Assembly (NCBI GenBank): GCA_964372765.1 | Contig: CAYJSE010000001.1 | Location: forward strand, 50,755-114,754 | DNA: 64,000 nt | Origin: an uncultured Planctomycetia bacterium | GTDB taxonomy: Bacteria > Omnitrophota > Gorgyraeia > 2-02-FULL-51-18 > CAYJSE01 | Direction of reading: 5' to 3' | Shown: positions 27,966-37,491 of the stretch, one piece after another | Layout of the letters: every line of letters starts with the position of its first letter | Position numbering within the stretch: position 1 is the first letter of the stretch | The notes under the pieces: model-generated | What the model was told of the DNA's origin: nothing | The model's database searches: none | The model's input: only the letters and a program-made list of their open reading frames with translations | Translations under genes and position numbers: made by a program

Positions 27966-29044
27966 GAGGCGGATCCGCCAAGCCTTATGGCGGACGGGAC
28001 ATCTTCTTCATGCGGAGGGCTTTGCGTCTGGCTAGGCGCGGAGAAGGAAAGGTGCATCCCAATCCGCTGGTGGGCGCCGTTTTGGTCAAAAACTCGCGTA
28101 TCATCGGCCGCGGATTTCATGAGCGCTTTGGCGGTGTCCACGCGGAAAGGGCGGCGATTTTGAGCGCCACCCAAGACACCCTAGGCGCGACGCTGTATCT
28201 GACGCTCGAGCCATGCTCGCATTTTGGAAAAACGCCGCCGTGCGCGGATTTTTTAATCCAAAAAAAAATACGTCGTGTGGTCGTCGCCTGCCCAGATCCC
28301 AATCCTGTTGTGTCAGGCCAAGGCATCGCCCTCTTAAGAAAAGCGGGTCTTCGTGTGGACGTGGGGGTTTTGGCTGAGGAATGCGCGAAGGTCAACCGCG
28401 ACTTTTTTTACTGGGTGCGGCATCGCCGGCCGTATGTGATATTAAAAATGGCTTTGAGTTTGGACGGACGCGCGGCGGCGGCGGACGGCGGCTCGCGCTG
28501 GATCTCAAGCGTCGCTTCGAGAGACGTGGCTCAGAAGCTTCGCGCGGAATCCGACGCGATTTTAGTCGGCGTGGAGACAATCTTAAAGGATAACCCGCGT
28601 CTTAGTGTGCGGGACCGAGGTCTAGAGCGCCAGCCGCTCAAAGTCATTTTGGATAGTCAACTTCGCACGTCTCTCAAGGCAAAAATTTTTGCCAAATCTT
28701 CTCCAGGCGCGGTGCTGGTAGCGACGACTCAACGGGCGCCGCAATCCAAAATAAAAAAAATATCCAAAGTCGCCGAGGTGAAAATTTTTCCATCTACGGC
28801 CGGTCGAGTAAGCTGGCAGGCGCTTCTTAAAGAGCTAGGACGTCGAGGGGTGGTGCGTGTTTTAGTCGAGGGGGGCGCTACGACGGCGTCCAGCGCTTTG
28901 GCGGCGGGAACAGTCAACGAAGTGTGCTATTTTGTAGCACCTAAGCTTTTGGGCGGCGCTCGGAAAATGTCCCAAGCGCTCGAGCTAAAAAAATGGAGCG
29001 TGGGTCTATCCGGAAAAGACCTTGTGATTCGGGGGCTCGTCTAA
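27962..29044 (+). CDS. ribD: Riboflavin biosynthesis protein RibD (deaminase/reductase)
   Basis: [28 protein letters not shown]...H(A)E...[13 protein letters not shown] deaminase zinc site, plus a reductase C-terminal domain. The ATG at 27962 overlaps the nusB stop. Confidence 0.88.
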   Translation: MRGGSAKPYGGRDIFFMRRALRLARRGEGKVHPNPLVGAVLVKNSRIIGRGFHERFGGVHAERAAILSATQDTLGATLYLTLEPCSHFGKTPPCADFLIQKKIRRVVVACPDPNPVVSGQGIALLRKAGLRVDVGVLAEECAKVNRDFFYWVRHRRPYVILKMALSLDGRAAAADGGSRWISSVASRDVAQKLRAESDAILVGVETILKDNPRLSVRDRGLERQPLKVILDSQLRTSLKAKIFAKSSPGAVLVATTQRAPQSKIKKISKVAEVKIFPSTAGRVSWQALLKELGRRGVVRVLVEGGATTASSALAAGTVNEVCYFVAPKLLGGARKMSQALELKKWSVGLSGKDLVIRGLV

Positions 29045-29646
29045 TGTTTACCGGCGTCATCGGGGCTCGAGGGATGCTCCAATCCATCGCGACGGGTAAA
29101 AAGGGCTCCAAGCGGCTGGAGATCAAAGCGCCCGCGCATTTTAAAAGCCGCCCCATCGGTTCCAGCGTCGCCGTGCAGGGCGTATGTCTGACCGTGGTTC
29201 GCAAAAAAGGCAGCTCTCTTTATTTTGACGTTGTCCGAGAAACGCTGCGGCGAAGCACTCTTGGATTGCTCGTGGTGGGCGACCGCGTACACCTAGAGCG
29301 CCCCTTAGAATGGAAAGGGCGCGTGGAGGGTCATTTTGTGCTGGGCCACGTCGACGCGATGGGGAAGGTCGTGCAGATCCAACGCGTTAAATCAGACGCG
29401 AGTATGAAGATATTATTTCCAAAAAACTTGAAACGCTACGTTCGCGAAAAAGGCTCGATTGCTGTTGACGGCGTCAGCCTGACGCTGGGCAAAGTCAGCG
29501 CGCAATCCTTTTGGATTCACCTCATTCCGCACACCTTAAAAATGACGAATTTTGGCAGTCTTCGCGCAGGGGATCCCGTGAATCTCGAGATGGATTTTTT
29601 GCTCCGCTCAAACCTAAACAAACAAAACAAAAGGAGCGTAAGTTGA
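29044..29646 (+). CDS. ribE: Riboflavin synthase alpha chain
   Basis: MFTGVI...GVCLTV...HFVLGHVD duplicated lumazine-binding repeats. Confidence 0.85.
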   Translation: MFTGVIGARGMLQSIATGKKGSKRLEIKAPAHFKSRPIGSSVAVQGVCLTVVRKKGSSLYFDVVRETLRRSTLGLLVVGDRVHLERPLEWKGRVEGHFVLGHVDAMGKVVQIQRVKSDASMKILFPKNLKRYVREKGSIAVDGVSLTLGKVSAQSFWIHLIPHTLKMTNFGSLRAGDPVNLEMDFLLRSNLNKQNKRSVS

Positions 29647-29836
29647 GGCAAAACTTTGGTCGTAATAAAAAAAAGATTGAAGAAGATAAAAGGAAAAAAC
29701 GGGAGGAAAAGCGCAATAGGCGTTTAGCCGGAAAGAGTCCGGTTATTTCTTCTGACATAATGCTTGAGAGCGGCCCAGAAACGCCGGCCGCATAACGAAA
29801 CCGGACGGAGCTCGCGTTGACAAGGGCAAGAGGGCT

Positions 29837-30814
29837 ATGTTACCCTTAACGCTTATCGTGCGTAAATACACCCCAATTTTGCTTCTAGTTCTCACTCTGG
29901 GATTGACAGCCGCCGAAACCGCTTCGGCCTACTGGATTTGGAGCCCGGATATCGGCAAGTGGATCAATCCCAAGAAGAGCGCCAAAGACACGCCCGAGGA
30001 GCAGTTCGAGTGGGCGATGAGCTTTTACCAATCCAAGGACTGGGATCGCGCGATCGAAGAATTTGAGAAGCTGCCCGGCGCATTCCCCAATTCCAAGCTG
30101 TCGGCCGAGGGTGTTTACTACGCGGGACTGGCTTGGAAAGAGAAAAATGATATAGCCAAGGCATCCGATTCCTTCATGAAACTGATCGACCGCTACCCCT
30201 ACAGCGACCGCATCAAAGACGCCGTGGAGCAGGAGTTTGACATCGCAAGCCGATTTGCCGCTGGCGCAAAGATCAAAGTTTTGGGTGTCTCAGCGCTTCC
30301 AGGCACGGAAAAGGCACTCGAGATTTACCGGCACATCGTGAAAAACGCGCCGTTTGGCGACTTTGGAGCCCGCGCGCAGTTCCAAATCGGAGAGGTGAAT
30401 AAATCCATCGGCGAGTATCTGGAAGCCCAAAAGGCGTTTCAGGCCGTCGTCGACGAATACCCAACGTCAGAGCTCGTGACCCAAGCGCGTTATCAGATCG
30501 CGTACTGCTCGATGCAGGCCTCGAAGCAGCACCGCTACGACGAACAGGCCACGGACCGCGCGATCCAGGAGTTTGAAGGGTTCAAAAATCTGTCTCCAGA
30601 CAGTCAGGCGGCTGTCGAGGCGGATGAGTCGATCAAGGCGCTGCGCGCTAAAAAAGCCGAGAGCAATTTCGAAATAGCGTCATTTTACGAACGCCAGAAA
30701 AAGTGGATGAGCGCCAAGGTTTATTATCAAGAGATCACGGATCAATACCCCGATGCGCCCATCGCCCCCCAAGCGCAAGAAAGGCTTGTGAGAGTCCTTG
30801 AAAAAATCAAGTAA
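29837..30814 (+). CDS. bamD: Outer-membrane assembly lipoprotein BamD/YfiO-like (TPR)
   Basis: Signal peptide followed by several TPR-like repeats (FEWAMSFYQSKDWDRAIEEFEKL..., YYAGLAW...). The size and architecture are like BamD. Confidence 0.55.
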   Translation: MLPLTLIVRKYTPILLLVLTLGLTAAETASAYWIWSPDIGKWINPKKSAKDTPEEQFEWAMSFYQSKDWDRAIEEFEKLPGAFPNSKLSAEGVYYAGLAWKEKNDIAKASDSFMKLIDRYPYSDRIKDAVEQEFDIASRFAAGAKIKVLGVSALPGTEKALEIYRHIVKNAPFGDFGARAQFQIGEVNKSIGEYLEAQKAFQAVVDEYPTSELVTQARYQIAYCSMQASKQHRYDEQATDRAIQEFEGFKNLSPDSQAAVEADESIKALRAKKAESNFEIASFYERQKKWMSAKVYYQEITDQYPDAPIAPQAQERLVRVLEKIK

Positions 30815-31343
30815 CGCGCTGCCGGTTTTTCTTTTCACACTCGCGCTATTGGCGGGCTGCGGCTACACGACGAAGACGCTGTTGCCGGAGCACATTCGCT
30901 CTGTGAACGTGGAGCCGACGGTGAACGCGATTAACCTCTCGTCGGAAGCGAGCGACCAGAGTCACTTCCGCGTGTACCGGCCGGGGCTGGAGGTGGATGT
31001 CACGAACGCGATTCAAAACCGCTACATTTTTGATGGGCACTTGAAAGTAGCCGGCGCGGATAAAGCCGACGCGATTTTAAAAACAAAACTCATTGACTTC
31101 CGTCGGGATCCGGTGCGTTACACGGACGGAGACGAGGTGGCCGAGTATCGCCTGAATGTCACGGTCGACGCGGCGTTTTATGACGCGCGTACCCATAAAG
31201 TCGTATGGCGTCAGGCGAGCCTCACGGGGGATAGCACCTATTTTCTCTCGGGGCCGCTGTCGGTGAGCGAGGACGAGGCTGTCGCGAAAGCTGTGGAAGA
31301 TCTGGCGCGCCGCGTCGTCGAGCACACCGTCGAAGTCTGGTGA
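30798..31343 (+). CDS. Lipoprotein, possibly LptE-like
   Basis: Lipobox LLAGC|GY and ~180 aa. Being adjacent to bamD-like and holA echoes the lptE-holA linkage seen in Proteobacteria. A TTG start is inferred. Confidence 0.45.
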   Translation: MKKSSNALPVFLFTLALLAGCGYTTKTLLPEHIRSVNVEPTVNAINLSSEASDQSHFRVYRPGLEVDVTNAIQNRYIFDGHLKVAGADKADAILKTKLIDFRRDPVRYTDGDEVAEYRLNVTVDAAFYDARTHKVVWRQASLTGDSTYFLSGPLSVSEDEAVAKAVEDLARRVVEHTVEVW

Positions 31344-32308
31344 TGTCTCCCGCCTATCTTGTTCTCGGGAAAGAGCCGTTTCTAAAAAAAGAATTTGTCG
31401 GGAAACTGCGCGAAGCGTTTTTTCCAGGCGGTCAGGGCGCCGACCTTGACGCGCAGGATTTTCAGTTTCCGGATGCGTCGTTGTCCGAGGTGCTTGATTT
31501 TTTGAGAACCCGCTCATTTTTTGGATCGAAACGCCTCGCCGTGGTGCGCGACGCCCAGGAGATTGACCGCGAGGCGATGCCGGCGCTGCAGGCGTATCTC
31601 GAGAAACCCAACCCAGTTTCCGTTCTCGTTCTTATTTCCGAAGAGTCTACGCCCAAAAAGTCTATTTTTCCCGAAGCGGTTTTGAAAAAGTGCCAGGTGC
31701 AGGCGTTTTACGCGCCGCGAGACTCGGAATGGGCCAGATGGCTCACGTCCCGAGTGGCGCTGGGGAAGAAGCGTTTCGGGCCGCAAGCGGCGGACTGCGT
31801 GCTGGAACGCGTCGGAAAAGAGCCAGCTCTATTGGCATCCGCGCTGGAGCAGCTCTGTGTCTACGTGGAGCCAAAAAATACGATCGACCGCAAAGACGTG
31901 GAAGCGCTTCTTGGGCGCTCGTCGGGAGCGGACGCGTTTTTACTCGTGGATGCGGTGCTGGGTCGGGATGTACGGGCCGCGGCGCGGATTTTGGGGCAGG
32001 CGTTTCAGGAGGGGCAGAACGCCGTGGGGCTTTTGGCCGCGCTCGGCCGGGAGATGGAACGCCTTTCGCGCGCGCTGGTTTTGAAAAAACAAGGACGCTC
32101 GGCCGACGAGATCCGCTCCGCGCTCGGGATACACCCCTTTTATTTTGAAAAGTTTAATGAGGCGCTCACGCGCGCGCGTGAAACCCAGGTCGAGGCGGCT
32201 TTGCGGAGTATCTTGGAGTGTGACGAGGCGTTGAAATCCAGCGCCGCTTGCGAGGCGCGCGTCTTGGAACAGCTCGTTCTTAAGCTAGCTTCTGGATCTT
32301 TAAACTGA
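31340..32308 (+). CDS. holA: DNA polymerase III delta subunit
   Basis: N-terminus YLVLGKEPFLKKEFVGKL, ~320 aa, delta-subunit architecture. Confidence 0.65.
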   Translation: MMSPAYLVLGKEPFLKKEFVGKLREAFFPGGQGADLDAQDFQFPDASLSEVLDFLRTRSFFGSKRLAVVRDAQEIDREAMPALQAYLEKPNPVSVLVLISEESTPKKSIFPEAVLKKCQVQAFYAPRDSEWARWLTSRVALGKKRFGPQAADCVLERVGKEPALLASALEQLCVYVEPKNTIDRKDVEALLGRSSGADAFLLVDAVLGRDVRAAARILGQAFQEGQNAVGLLAALGREMERLSRALVLKKQGRSADEIRSALGIHPFYFEKFNEALTRARETQVEAALRSILECDEALKSSAACEARVLEQLVLKLASGSLN

Positions 32309-32543
32309 CGCGGGACTTGCGGCGGGAGGCGCGATTTTTATGAATCACACCTTTTTTGACCGCCTTGTCAAGACGCGAGAATAAAATCCGGCAAGCCTTC
32401 GCGGCTTCCGCTTTGTTTTTGGAAGCGATGAGCTCGGCCACCTTGCGGGAAACCGTTTTGAGCTCCGAAATGACGCGCAGGTTGTGCGTGTGGCGGCGTT
32501 CGTCCACCCGGATTTTCTTGATCGACTGTCTACGATTTGCCAT
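32280..32543 (-). CDS. rpsT: 30S ribosomal protein S20
   Basis: MANRRQSIKKIRVDERRHTHNLRVISELKT...RLDKAVKKGVIHKNRASRRKSR is the S20 signature. It is the only clear minus-strand gene in the window. Confidence 0.9.
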   Translation of the reverse strand: MANRRQSIKKIRVDERRHTHNLRVISELKTVSRKVAELIASKNKAEAAKACRILFSRLDKAVKKGVIHKNRASRRKSRVSLKIQKLA

Positions 32544-32575
32544 AACGCGTGCCATCCTATAGGAAAAAACAGGGT

Positions 32576-34102
32576 ATGTCAACACCGAGATCCATCCTGA
32601 AATCAGCCGGCGTGATCGGCGCGTTGACCGCCGTAAGCCGCGTTTTGGGTTTTATTCGGGATCTCATCATCGCGGCCGCGTTTGGCACCGGTATAGGCGC
32701 CGAGGCGTTTGTCGTGAGCTTCAAAATTCCTAATCTCTTAAGGGATTTGGTGGGCGAGGGGGCCACGAACGCGGCGTTTGTGCCGGCGCTCACCGAGTGC
32801 CGACAAACACGTCCCGAAGATTTTTGGAAGCTCGTGAATACGCTGTTTGCGGTGATGACTGCGGCGCTGCTCGTTTTATCCGTGCTGGGCGTCGTCGGCG
32901 CGCCCTGGATCGTGCGGCTCGTGGCACCCGGTTTTATGGATTCCAGCGATCCGGAAAAATTTCCACTCACCGTACATCTCACGCGCGTGATCTTTCCCTA
33001 CATTTTGCTCATCGGGCTTTCGGCGCTCGCCATGGGCGTTTTGAATTCCCTGAAAGAGTTTACCAGTTCCGCCGCGGGCCCCTGTCTTTTAAACCTTTCG
33101 ATGATCGTGGCGGGGTTTTTTTTCGAGAAACGCTACGGTCCGATGGCGCTGGTTATTGCGGTGCTCGTGGGGGGCGCATTGCAGCTTGCCTTTCAGATCC
33201 CGCCGCTTTTCGGGCGCGGGTTTCGCTGGGCGTCACCCGATTGGCATCACCCGTCGCTTAAAAAGATCGGGAAACTCTTGGTGCCCCGGGCTCTCGGTTC
33301 GGCGGTTTACCAGATCAATGTGTTTGTGGACTCGATCCTGGCTTCGTTCGAAAAAGTGGTGGGTTTCGGGGGGCAGTCCGCGCTGTACTACTCCAACCGC
33401 CTTTTTCAACTGCCGTTGGCCATCTTTGGCGTGTCCCTGGCGCAGGCGTTGTTGCCGACGTTTTCGGAACACATGCTGCGTGGTGACGGCAAGGCGTTCA
33501 AAGAAACCTTCGCGGCGTCGGTGCGGACACTGGGTCTTGTGGTGCTGCCAGCGGCGGTAGGACTGGTCGTTTGGGCGAAGCCCATCGTGCGCATCGTGTT
33601 TCAGCACGGGCAATTTGACGCGTATTCCACCGAGATCACTTCGAGGGCTCTTTTTTTCTACGCGTTCGGGCTTTTATCCTGCTGTCTCATTAAGGTGTTT
33701 GTGAACATGTTCTATTCGATGCAGGACACGCGCACGCCGGTGAAGACGATGGTCTTTTCGGTGGCGGTGAACATCGCTTTGAGCCTGGTTTTGATGCGGT
33801 TTCTAAAAATTGGGGGACTGGCGCTGGCCTCCTCTATTTCGGCGACGCTGAACGCTGTGCTGTTGTACCGGGCGCTCAAGAAACGGTTGGGGGATCTGGG
33901 GGAAAAGGCGATCGTGGGGAGCTTCAGCAAACTGTTTTTAGTGGCGCTGGGCATGGGGGTGTTGGCTTTTTTTTATAATGCGTACGTTTTAAACACGGTC
34001 ATTCTCTCCACAACGCTGGTGCAGGCGACTGCGCTTCTCGCAGGTATCGGAATCTGCGCCGCGTTTTATTTTGGCGTTGTTTTCCTATTTCGTCTCCGAT
34101 GA
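32576..34102 (+). CDS. murJ: Lipid II flippase MurJ (MviN)
   Basis: ILKSAGVIGALTAVSRVLGFIRDLIIAAAFGTG...FVVSFKIPNLLR is the MurJ signature, with 14 predicted TMs. Confidence 0.9.
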   Translation: MSTPRSILKSAGVIGALTAVSRVLGFIRDLIIAAAFGTGIGAEAFVVSFKIPNLLRDLVGEGATNAAFVPALTECRQTRPEDFWKLVNTLFAVMTAALLVLSVLGVVGAPWIVRLVAPGFMDSSDPEKFPLTVHLTRVIFPYILLIGLSALAMGVLNSLKEFTSSAAGPCLLNLSMIVAGFFFEKRYGPMALVIAVLVGGALQLAFQIPPLFGRGFRWASPDWHHPSLKKIGKLLVPRALGSAVYQINVFVDSILASFEKVVGFGGQSALYYSNRLFQLPLAIFGVSLAQALLPTFSEHMLRGDGKAFKETFAASVRTLGLVVLPAAVGLVVWAKPIVRIVFQHGQFDAYSTEITSRALFFYAFGLLSCCLIKVFVNMFYSMQDTRTPVKTMVFSVAVNIALSLVLMRFLKIGGLALASSISATLNAVLLYRALKKRLGDLGEKAIVGSFSKLFLVALGMGVLAFFYNAYVLNTVILSTTLVQATALLAGIGICAAFYFGVVFLFRLR

Positions 34103-35391
34103 GATCAAACGCGCCCTCTGCGTACCTGCAAGCCGCGATCCGTTCCCTGCCGGCCACGCCGGGGGTTTATTTTTTTAAAGATCGAAAAGGCTGCCCCGTT
34201 TACATCGGCAAAGCCAACGCGATCCGCAAACGCGTGCAGTCCCACTTTCGGCACTGGGCGCGAACTTCCCGCGCGGTCACGAAAGAAGAGCAGATGCTGG
34301 CCGAGACATCCCGCATCGATTTTGTGCCGACGCCGACGGAGTCCGAAGCGCTGCTTCTCGAGGCGAGCCTCGTGCGCGAGCATCAGCCCAAGTACAACCA
34401 GGAACTGAAAGACGATAAAAGTTATCCGTTTCTGAAGATCACGAATGAGCGTTTTCCGAGATTGTTGGTGGTGCGAGGCCGGAAACCGGACGGCGCGAAG
34501 TATTTTGGGCCGTACACCAGCGTGTATCTTTTGCGGCAGGGCGTGCGGCTTTTGCGGCGGCTTTTTCCGATGCGCACCTGCAACCCCATTCCCGACAAGG
34601 TTTGCCTGATGTATCATATAGGGCAGTGCCGGGGTCCCTGCGTCGGCCTTATCGGCGAGAAAGAGTACGGCGCCATCGTGCGGGAACTGGAGCTCTTTTT
34701 GGACGGGCGCCGTGACGTGCTGGTAAAGAGTCTGATGCGGCGAATGCGTGAGCACTCTGGGAAGCGCGAGTATGAAAAAGCCAAACTTCTGCACGACCAG
34801 ATCCGGGCGCTTTCCGTCATCCCGCAGGGAGCCGGGCCAAAGCCGCAGGTGGACGTGCCGGCTCTGCTGCAGACGGAGCTCGGGCTCGAGAAGCGGCCGC
34901 GGCGCATTGAGGCGTTTGATATTTCCAATACATTCGGGCGCAAGGCCGTGGGTTCCATGGTCGTATTTGTGGATGGAAAGCCGGCCAAGTCCGAGTATCG
35001 GCGTTTCCGCGTGCGCACGGTGGAGGGAATCGACGATTACCGCATGCTGCAAGAGGTGCTGCGGCGTCGTTACGGCGGCACTTTGGCACGCAAGGAGGAC
35101 TGGCCGGATCTTGTGCTGATCGATGGGGGCAAAGGCCATTTGTCGGCGGCTTTGAAAGTGCGGCAGGAGCTGGGCCTTGAGGATTTAGACATGGTTTCGA
35201 TCGCCAAACAGCACGAGCACATTTTTCTTCCGGGCCAACCCGCCCCCAGGATTTTTCCGCTCAACTCACCCGTGTTGCAACTTTTTCAATATCTGCGGGA
35301 CGAAGCGCATCGTTTCGCGATCGCCTATCATCGTCACCTGCGTCGCAGGGAGTTTTTGGGAGTTTCCACCCGCAAAGGAGGCCGTGCGTGA
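34099..35391 (+). CDS. uvrC: Excinuclease ABC subunit C (short form lacking the C-terminal HhH region)
   Basis: GIY-YIG domain (PGVYFFKD...VYIGKA), UVR motif (EYEKAKLLHDQIRAL), and UvrC endonuclease domain (IEAFDISN...LIDGGKGHL). At 430 aa it stops before the (HhH)2 segment. Confidence 0.8.
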   Translation: MRSNAPSAYLQAAIRSLPATPGVYFFKDRKGCPVYIGKANAIRKRVQSHFRHWARTSRAVTKEEQMLAETSRIDFVPTPTESEALLLEASLVREHQPKYNQELKDDKSYPFLKITNERFPRLLVVRGRKPDGAKYFGPYTSVYLLRQGVRLLRRLFPMRTCNPIPDKVCLMYHIGQCRGPCVGLIGEKEYGAIVRELELFLDGRRDVLVKSLMRRMREHSGKREYEKAKLLHDQIRALSVIPQGAGPKPQVDVPALLQTELGLEKRPRRIEAFDISNTFGRKAVGSMVVFVDGKPAKSEYRRFRVRTVEGIDDYRMLQEVLRRRYGGTLARKEDWPDLVLIDGGKGHLSAALKVRQELGLEDLDMVSIAKQHEHIFLPGQPAPRIFPLNSPVLQLFQYLRDEAHRFAIAYHRHLRRREFLGVSTRKGGRA

Positions 35392-35612
35392 AAAGACTGC
35401 TCTTTCCGATCGTGATCGTATTTGTACTGCTCTATATTTTTATTCAAAGCAATACGCTGGAAATGTTCCAGGAGGATGTGCAGAAGGAGGGAGGTGCTTT
35501 GAGCTACACAAAAACCCGCTACTCGCTGCACTGGGATCGGTTTGTGGATTACTCCGAGGAGATTCCAGACAGGGTAGGACGCTTTATCAAACAGTGGACG
35601 AGAAAATTTTAA
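35388..35612 (+). CDS. Small hypothetical protein with an N-terminal hydrophobic helix
   Basis: A 74-aa ORF overlapping the uvrC stop (GTGA). No family is recognised. Confidence 0.3.
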   Translation: MKRLLFPIVIVFVLLYIFIQSNTLEMFQEDVQKEGGALSYTKTRYSLHWDRFVDYSEEIPDRVGRFIKQWTRKF

Positions 35613-35713
35613 ATTTTAATAGGATAAATATCGTTGACATAGACGATTATTCAATTATAGGATGAGTGACACGCCGTGGCACTGCGGCGGATGAAAATCA
35701 GAAGGAATTTTCG

Positions 35714-37432
35714 ATGAAGAAGTCCATTTTTGGTTTTATTTTTGTTTTCACTTTATTTCAGTTTTTACTTTCCCAGTCAGTTTTCGCGCTGAACCCGGCG
35801 ACAGGTCCCGGAACCGAACAAGAGCGTTTCGAGTCCGGCGAGAAAACAAAAGAGGTTTCGCGGCGTTTGGAAGAGGAAGCGCCGGCGGCCGTCGAGGTGC
35901 AGGATAAAGCGGAGGCGCCCGCCGAGGCCCAGCTCGAGGAAGTCCCTTTTTTTGTCGAAACGATCAACATCACCGGCAACACGGCGATTCCCACCCAAGA
36001 ACTGCGGCCGATCGCGGCGCCGCATGAGAATAAAGAGCTGCGCTTGTCCGAAGTGAAGAAGATCGCGGAGGACTTGACCGACTATTACCGTTCCAAAGGC
36101 TACATCACCAGCCGTTGTTTCATACCGGCGCAGAAGTTGGAATCAAAAATACTTGAGATTCGCGTGCTGGAAGGGAAACTGGGTAACGTCGAAGTCCAGG
36201 GCAACCGCTATTTCCAAAAAGCGAACATCTCGCGTTTTTTGAAAATTCCGCAAGGCGGTGTGATTCGGTATGAGGATTTAAAGCGCGATGTTTACACAAT
36301 GAATCTGCATCCGGATCGTGAAGTGAAAGCCGTGATTTTGCCGGGCAAAGAGCTTGGTACGTCCGATCTTCTGCTGGACGTCAAAGACAATTTCCCGCTT
36401 CACATCGGCGGTGAGATCAATAATTTTGGCACCGAGCTCACCGGCGAAGAGCGCTACAGCGTGTCCTTGCGACACAACAATCTCTTTGGGTACGATGATA
36501 TTTTTGTCAGCCGCATGCAGTTTGGCGAAGAGGTTTTTGCCGTGGGGCTGCAGTACGCGTTGCCTGTGGGGCCGTGGGACACGCAGGTGGGTGCGGCGTT
36601 TAATTATACCGACGTTTCTATCGGCGGAGATTTTTCGATTCTGGATATTGCGGGCGAAGCTTTCCGCTACTCAATTTTTTTCAACCAGCCATTTTTGGAC
36701 ACCCAGCACATCGACTTGACGTGGACCGGGTCTTTTGAATCCAAGGACATCAACAACACGATTTTGGGTCAACCCTCCAGCACCGATGATCTGCGCATGC
36801 TGCATACCGGGATCAATATTGATGAGATTGATTCGCACGGGCGGATGTTTATCGTCAACGATTTGACTTTTGGATTGGACGCGCTTGGGGCTTCCACGGA
36901 CAATGACCCGCGTGTATCGCGGCAGGGCGCCGGCGGGAGTTTCTTTAAATACAACGGTTCTTTGAACCGCATTCATCCAGTGGTTGACTCGACCACCCTT
37001 TATTTGAGGGGGACCGCGCAACTGTCGGGTGACAAGCTGGTGTCGGCTGAACAGTATGACATCGGCGGTATTTATTCGGTGCGTGGTTATCCGCAGAGCG
37101 ACTATCTGGGAGATTATGGTTATGGCGGGAGCGCGGAACTGCGCGTGCCGATGTATTTTATTCCGCGCGAGGCTGAGACTCCGTGGGGGGATAAGCCGCT
37201 TTGGAACAGCATCAATTTTGTCGGATTTTTTGACGCGGCCCACGCGACGCTGCGTAACCCAGCCGTCGGTGAAAGAGCCGAAAAAAATTCTGTGGGTGTG
37301 GGAGCCGGTATTCGCGTGGATCTCCCAAGAAACTTTACGGCGCGAGTGGAATGGGCGGTTCCGGTGGGCGATGACCCGACGGATCGCTCCAACAGTCATG
37401 TCTATTTCAGCATCGCGGGCGATCTTTTTTAA
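35714..37432 (+). CDS. Two-partner secretion outer-membrane transporter (TpsB; ShlB/FhaC/HecB family)
   Basis: Signal peptide, a POTRA-like region (FVETINITGNTAIPTQEL...), and a C-terminal beta-barrel ending in a terminal aromatic (F). It sits immediately upstream of the TpsA gene. Confidence 0.85.
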   Translation: MKKSIFGFIFVFTLFQFLLSQSVFALNPATGPGTEQERFESGEKTKEVSRRLEEEAPAAVEVQDKAEAPAEAQLEEVPFFVETINITGNTAIPTQELRPIAAPHENKELRLSEVKKIAEDLTDYYRSKGYITSRCFIPAQKLESKILEIRVLEGKLGNVEVQGNRYFQKANISRFLKIPQGGVIRYEDLKRDVYTMNLHPDREVKAVILPGKELGTSDLLLDVKDNFPLHIGGEINNFGTELTGEERYSVSLRHNNLFGYDDIFVSRMQFGEEVFAVGLQYALPVGPWDTQVGAAFNYTDVSIGGDFSILDIAGEAFRYSIFFNQPFLDTQHIDLTWTGSFESKDINNTILGQPSSTDDLRMLHTGINIDEIDSHGRMFIVNDLTFGLDALGASTDNDPRVSRQGAGGSFFKYNGSLNRIHPVVDSTTLYLRGTAQLSGDKLVSAEQYDIGGIYSVRGYPQSDYLGDYGYGGSAELRVPMYFIPREAETPWGDKPLWNSINFVGFFDAAHATLRNPAVGERAEKNSVGVGAGIRVDLPRNFTARVEWAVPVGDDPTDRSNSHVYFSIAGDLF

Positions 37433-37491
37433 TCACAACTATGCGCAGCCAAAAAAATCCAAAACCACGCTTCACCACAGGGGGTTCCTCT

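Noticed and set aside
29511-29795. 94-aa ORF 29511-29795 as annotated in the track
   Set aside because: Its first ~45 codons overlap the ribE 3' end in another frame. Only the distal ~50 codons (29643-29795) are plausibly independent, and these are reported as a low-confidence finding.
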